DNA from: an uncultured virus (IMG/VR IMGVR_UViG_3300010357_000155)
Lineage: Duplodnaviria > Heunggongvirae > Uroviricota > Caudoviricetes
Virus record (IMG/VR): IMGVR_UViG_3300010357_000155
Reading direction: 5' to 3' (one strand)
DNA: 20,000 nucleotides
Shown here: positions 17,081 to 20,000 of the stretch, in pieces
How the letters are laid out: every line of letters starts with the position of its first letter
Numbering within the stretch: the first letter of the stretch is position 1
Notes under the pieces: model-generated
The model's input: only the letters and a program-made list of their open reading frames with translations
Databases searched by the model: none
What the model was told of the DNA's origin: nothing
Program-made: the position numbers and the translations under genes

Positions 17081-17314
17081 TTATCTATAAAAAATATATT
17101 TTTTATCATAATCACCAATAGGATTAGCTTTATTCAGTTTATCACAATCCTGTTGAGCTTCTTTGAAATCTTCATATTTGGGTTTAATTTCTAATGTCAT
17201 AGCAGTAAAACTTTCATGACATGAATAACTAGGATGTACTGCATCGAGTTTAGGATCTTCTAAAAAATAATGTTCCCAAGAAGGTCCAGCATTTTTAACA
17301 ATGATATAAGACAC
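17081..17314 (-). CDS. Hypothetical protein (77 aa), stand-alone unit
   Basis: GTG start with AGGGAG SD; flanked by terminators on both sides. Confidence 0.65.
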   Translation of the reverse strand: MSYIIVKNAGPSWEHYFLEDPKLDAVHPSYSCHESFTAMTLEIKPKYEDFKEAQQDCDKLNKANPIGDYDKKYIFYR

Positions 17315-17371
17315 TATTTTTCTCCCTAAATAAAACTATCAATATATCTATTTTATATTTATAAGATAATA

Positions 17372-17403
17372 AGACAACTACTGGAGTTACCCAGTAGTTG
17401 TCT
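17372..17403 (-). terminator. Terminator after nrdJ
   Basis: 13-bp perfect stem AGACAACTACTGG/CCAGTAGTTGTCT; T-rich tail on the minus strand is imperfect. Confidence 0.8.
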
Positions 17404-17413
17404 ATATTTTTAA

Positions 17414-19927
17414 TCAACCACAAGTACCATCATACCCACATGACTCACATTTCGAACAACCGTCACGTTTAACTAGATTAGGTGCGCCACACTCAGGACA
17501 CTTTTTTCCAGTAGGTGGTAATGGTTCTTGTTTGGTTTCAATAGCAATAACTTCTGCTTGAATATTAATAGGAGCTTCTATATCAATAGGTTCATTGTTA
17601 TCCGCACTTATTTTGTATTTCTTAGCTAACTTACCTTCCTTGGTCAGGAAACCGTCTTCGATAAGCGATGCTTCAATGATATAACCAATCGCAGAAGCAT
17701 CAGAACCATGCCACAATGGAATTGGATTACCTTCCTTGAGCTTAGTACCATGTCGAACAGAACCATGTTCCCAAGTGATCTCACGAAGGTTTTCAATAAG
17801 TTTTGTAACCGGAACACCGTAACGTGCACCAACACTCATCATACGGAACGCAGAATCCCAAGAAGAACTACTAACACCAAAGTTAGCTTCCAAGATAAAT
17901 TCTACAGGACGACGAATGGTAATCGTACCGAAACGTGTCTTACGAACAATCTTCATGAAACTAATAATGATAAGGAACTTCTGTTCACCTTCATTGGTAC
18001 GGAAACGTTCTTTAATAGTAATACTAGGTAGCATACCGTCTTTACGAGATTCAAACGGTTGTGAATACATTTCATCGATAATCTGATCCAATGTTTTACC
18101 ATTGTCGATATTGGTGGTTTCTTCTTCAACAACAGGTGCGACCGTTGTCTTTTCTTCTTTAACAGAAAGAACAGATCCAAGAATAGCATTAGGACGATAT
18201 GTCGCTAGACCTTTCAACCCACTCTTCCAAGCATACATGTAAAGATCTTTAAACTTTTCATACGGATAGTCAGCAGGAATATTAACTGTCTTAGAAATAG
18301 CAGTATCGATATAAGGTTGAACAGCTTTCATAATGTCGGTGTGTGCTTCAACCGTCATTTCAAGCGCAGTCACAAAGTTATCAGGAAGCTTAGTTACATC
18401 ATGACCCATGGCACGATATAGACGCCAGCAGTGATCTGCAACTTCAAATGTCTTCTTAGATCCATCAGCCATACGTTTCTTACGATCATAAACCCACGAG
18501 AACGGAGGTTCAATACCGTTAGAAGTGTTATCAGCAAATGCAATAGCAATCGTACCAGTAGGCGCAATTGAAAGCAGATGTGAGTTACGAAGACCGTAGA
18601 TGGCAATATCTTCACGAATGTCTTGCGGTAAACGAGAGATGTATTTACCTGCAAGATATTTATCTTTGTCAAAGAACGGGAATGCGCCCTTTTCTTTAGC
18701 AAGATCAATAGAAGTTCTGTAAGCAGTGTCACGCATCATACGTGAAACATAACTAGCAAATTCAACACCATCTTGTTTGTTATACCATTTACCAAGCATG
18801 ATGATTGCGTCACCGATGCCCATAAATCCAAGACCAATACGACGTTTATTCTTAGCTTCTTGCTGTTGCTTTGCCAAAGGCCAAGCTGTAACATCAAGAA
18901 CATTGTCTAGCATTCGAATCGCAACACGAACAACATTGTTAAATGCTTCTGTATCGAAGTAAGCGTCTTTAGTAAATGGATTACGAATAAACTTAGTCAG
19001 ATTAATAGAACCAAGATCACAGCAACCGTAAGGCGGAAGAGGTTGTTCGGCACAAGGATTAGTTGCTTCAATGACTTCGCAATAGTAAAGATTGTTTTCT
19101 TCATTCATGCGATCCAGGAACAAGATACCAGGTTCAGCAAAGTCGTATGTCGACTTCATGACCAGATCCCATAGGTCCTGAGCAGCGATAGACTTCCAAA
19201 TCCACTTACCAGATTCTTCATCAAAGTAACTGTTGTTTTCTTTTACATAGTCTTGAGAAGGTTTAGATTTGTGAACAAGTTGCCACATACCCTTTTCTTC
19301 GACAGTCTTCATAAACTTATCAGTTACACCAATAGACAAGTTAAAGTTATTAAATTCACCTTCAGTACGTTTAGCCGTAATGAAATTAAAGATGTCTGGA
19401 TGATCACAACGAAGAACACCCATTTGTGCACCACGACGACCACCTGCTGATTCAACTGTTTCACATGAGCGATCAAACACACGCATGTAAGACAAAGGAC
19501 CAGATGCACGAGATTGAGTGCCTTTAACATAAGCTTCGATAGGACGGATACGACTAAAGTCATAACCAACACCACCACCACGTCGCATTGTTTCAGCAGC
19601 TTCACCGAGTGCAATATAGATAGATGGATAACCATCATCATCATAACCACTAACCGAATCACCCACTGGTTGGATAAAACAATTAATCAGGGTTGACTGT
19701 GATTCCATACCAGCAGCAGAGTTAATACGTCCACCAGCGATAAAACCATTAACCTGAGCATCATAAAAAACAGTTGCCCAATATTCTTTATCCTGTTCAT
19801 TAGAAGCAAGTGCTAACGCAACTCGTCTCTGTAGTACCGGAATTTCTTGTTCATTGCCCTTTGCGTATTTTTCCAGAAAGGTGTCTACGCTAATATCTTG
19901 CGGTTCAAGGCTTGGAACGGTGTTCAT
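17414..19927 (-). CDS. nrdJ: Adenosylcobalamin-dependent (class II) ribonucleotide reductase
   Basis: TLINCF, GGGVGYDFS.IRP, RRGAQMG...DHPDI, active-site TNPCAEQPL...CCDLGSINL, RRIGLG, SIAPTGTI, AISKTVN; no N-terminal ATP cone; C-terminal TSCPD-like region plus CPECG...DGCSKCESCGYDGTCG; AAGGA SD; no beta-subunit gene downstream. Confidence 0.92.
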   Translation of the reverse strand: MNTVPSLEPQDISVDTFLEKYAKGNEQEIPVLQRRVALALASNEQDKEYWATVFYDAQVNGFIAGGRINSAAGMESQSTLINCFIQPVGDSVSGYDDDGYPSIYIALGEAAETMRRGGGVGYDFSRIRPIEAYVKGTQSRASGPLSYMRVFDRSCETVESAGGRRGAQMGVLRCDHPDIFNFITAKRTEGEFNNFNLSIGVTDKFMKTVEEKGMWQLVHKSKPSQDYVKENNSYFDEESGKWIWKSIAAQDLWDLVMKSTYDFAEPGILFLDRMNEENNLYYCEVIEATNPCAEQPLPPYGCCDLGSINLTKFIRNPFTKDAYFDTEAFNNVVRVAIRMLDNVLDVTAWPLAKQQQEAKNKRRIGLGFMGIGDAIIMLGKWYNKQDGVEFASYVSRMMRDTAYRTSIDLAKEKGAFPFFDKDKYLAGKYISRLPQDIREDIAIYGLRNSHLLSIAPTGTIAIAFADNTSNGIEPPFSWVYDRKKRMADGSKKTFEVADHCWRLYRAMGHDVTKLPDNFVTALEMTVEAHTDIMKAVQPYIDTAISKTVNIPADYPYEKFKDLYMYAWKSGLKGLATYRPNAILGSVLSVKEEKTTVAPVVEEETTNIDNGKTLDQIIDEMYSQPFESRKDGMLPSITIKERFRTNEGEQKFLIIISFMKIVRKTRFGTITIRRPVEFILEANFGVSSSSWDSAFRMMSVGARYGVPVTKLIENLREITWEHGSVRHGTKLKEGNPIPLWHGSDASAIGYIIEASLIEDGFLTKEGKLAKKYKISADNNEPIDIEAPINIQAEVIAIETKQEPLPPTGKKCPECGAPNLVKRDGCSKCESCGYDGTCG

Positions 19928-20000
19928 TGGTATTCCTTTTCTTTTTTGGAAGAGTGAAGTTGTTTTTCAAGTGATGAATGATAAAATAAAAAATCATATT

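Noticed and set aside
17414..19927. Intein or intron in the RNR gene
   Set aside because: Core motifs are contiguous with normal spacing; no C/S...HN splice motifs or LAGLIDADG seen.
1..20000. Alternative genetic code, tRNA genes, chimallin or tubulin genes
   Set aside because: All major genes are intact under the standard code using TAA, TAG and TGA stops; no cloverleaf seen in the short spacers; no chimallin or PhuZ recognised here, so nucleus formation is only inferred from family membership.

Overview
AT-rich, gene-dense segment of a phiKZ-like (Chimalliviridae-type, probably nucleus-forming) jumbo phage genome. From the left it contains the 5' end of a DUF723-type Zn-ribbon repeat gene (probable free-standing homing endonuclease, missing from the ORF track) with a coupled 11-codon leader ORF, and a 943-aa tail fibre whose tail-collar domain is split by two tandem 6-blade Kelch-like propellers. 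Next is the portal-like protein, the only credible + strand gene. A minus-strand core block follows (gp124-position protein with a Met/Gln prion-like N-terminus, non-virion RNAP subunit gp123-like, tail-anchored gp122-like, GC-rich major capsid protein gp120-like, gp119-position gene). The window ends with small hypotheticals, a baseplate-hub-like virion protein and a class II (B12-dependent) ribonucleotide reductase NrdJ. Intergenic spacers carry eight terminator hairpins and two recurring phage-promoter-like motifs. All phiKZ family assignments come from remembered motifs and synteny; no searches were run.
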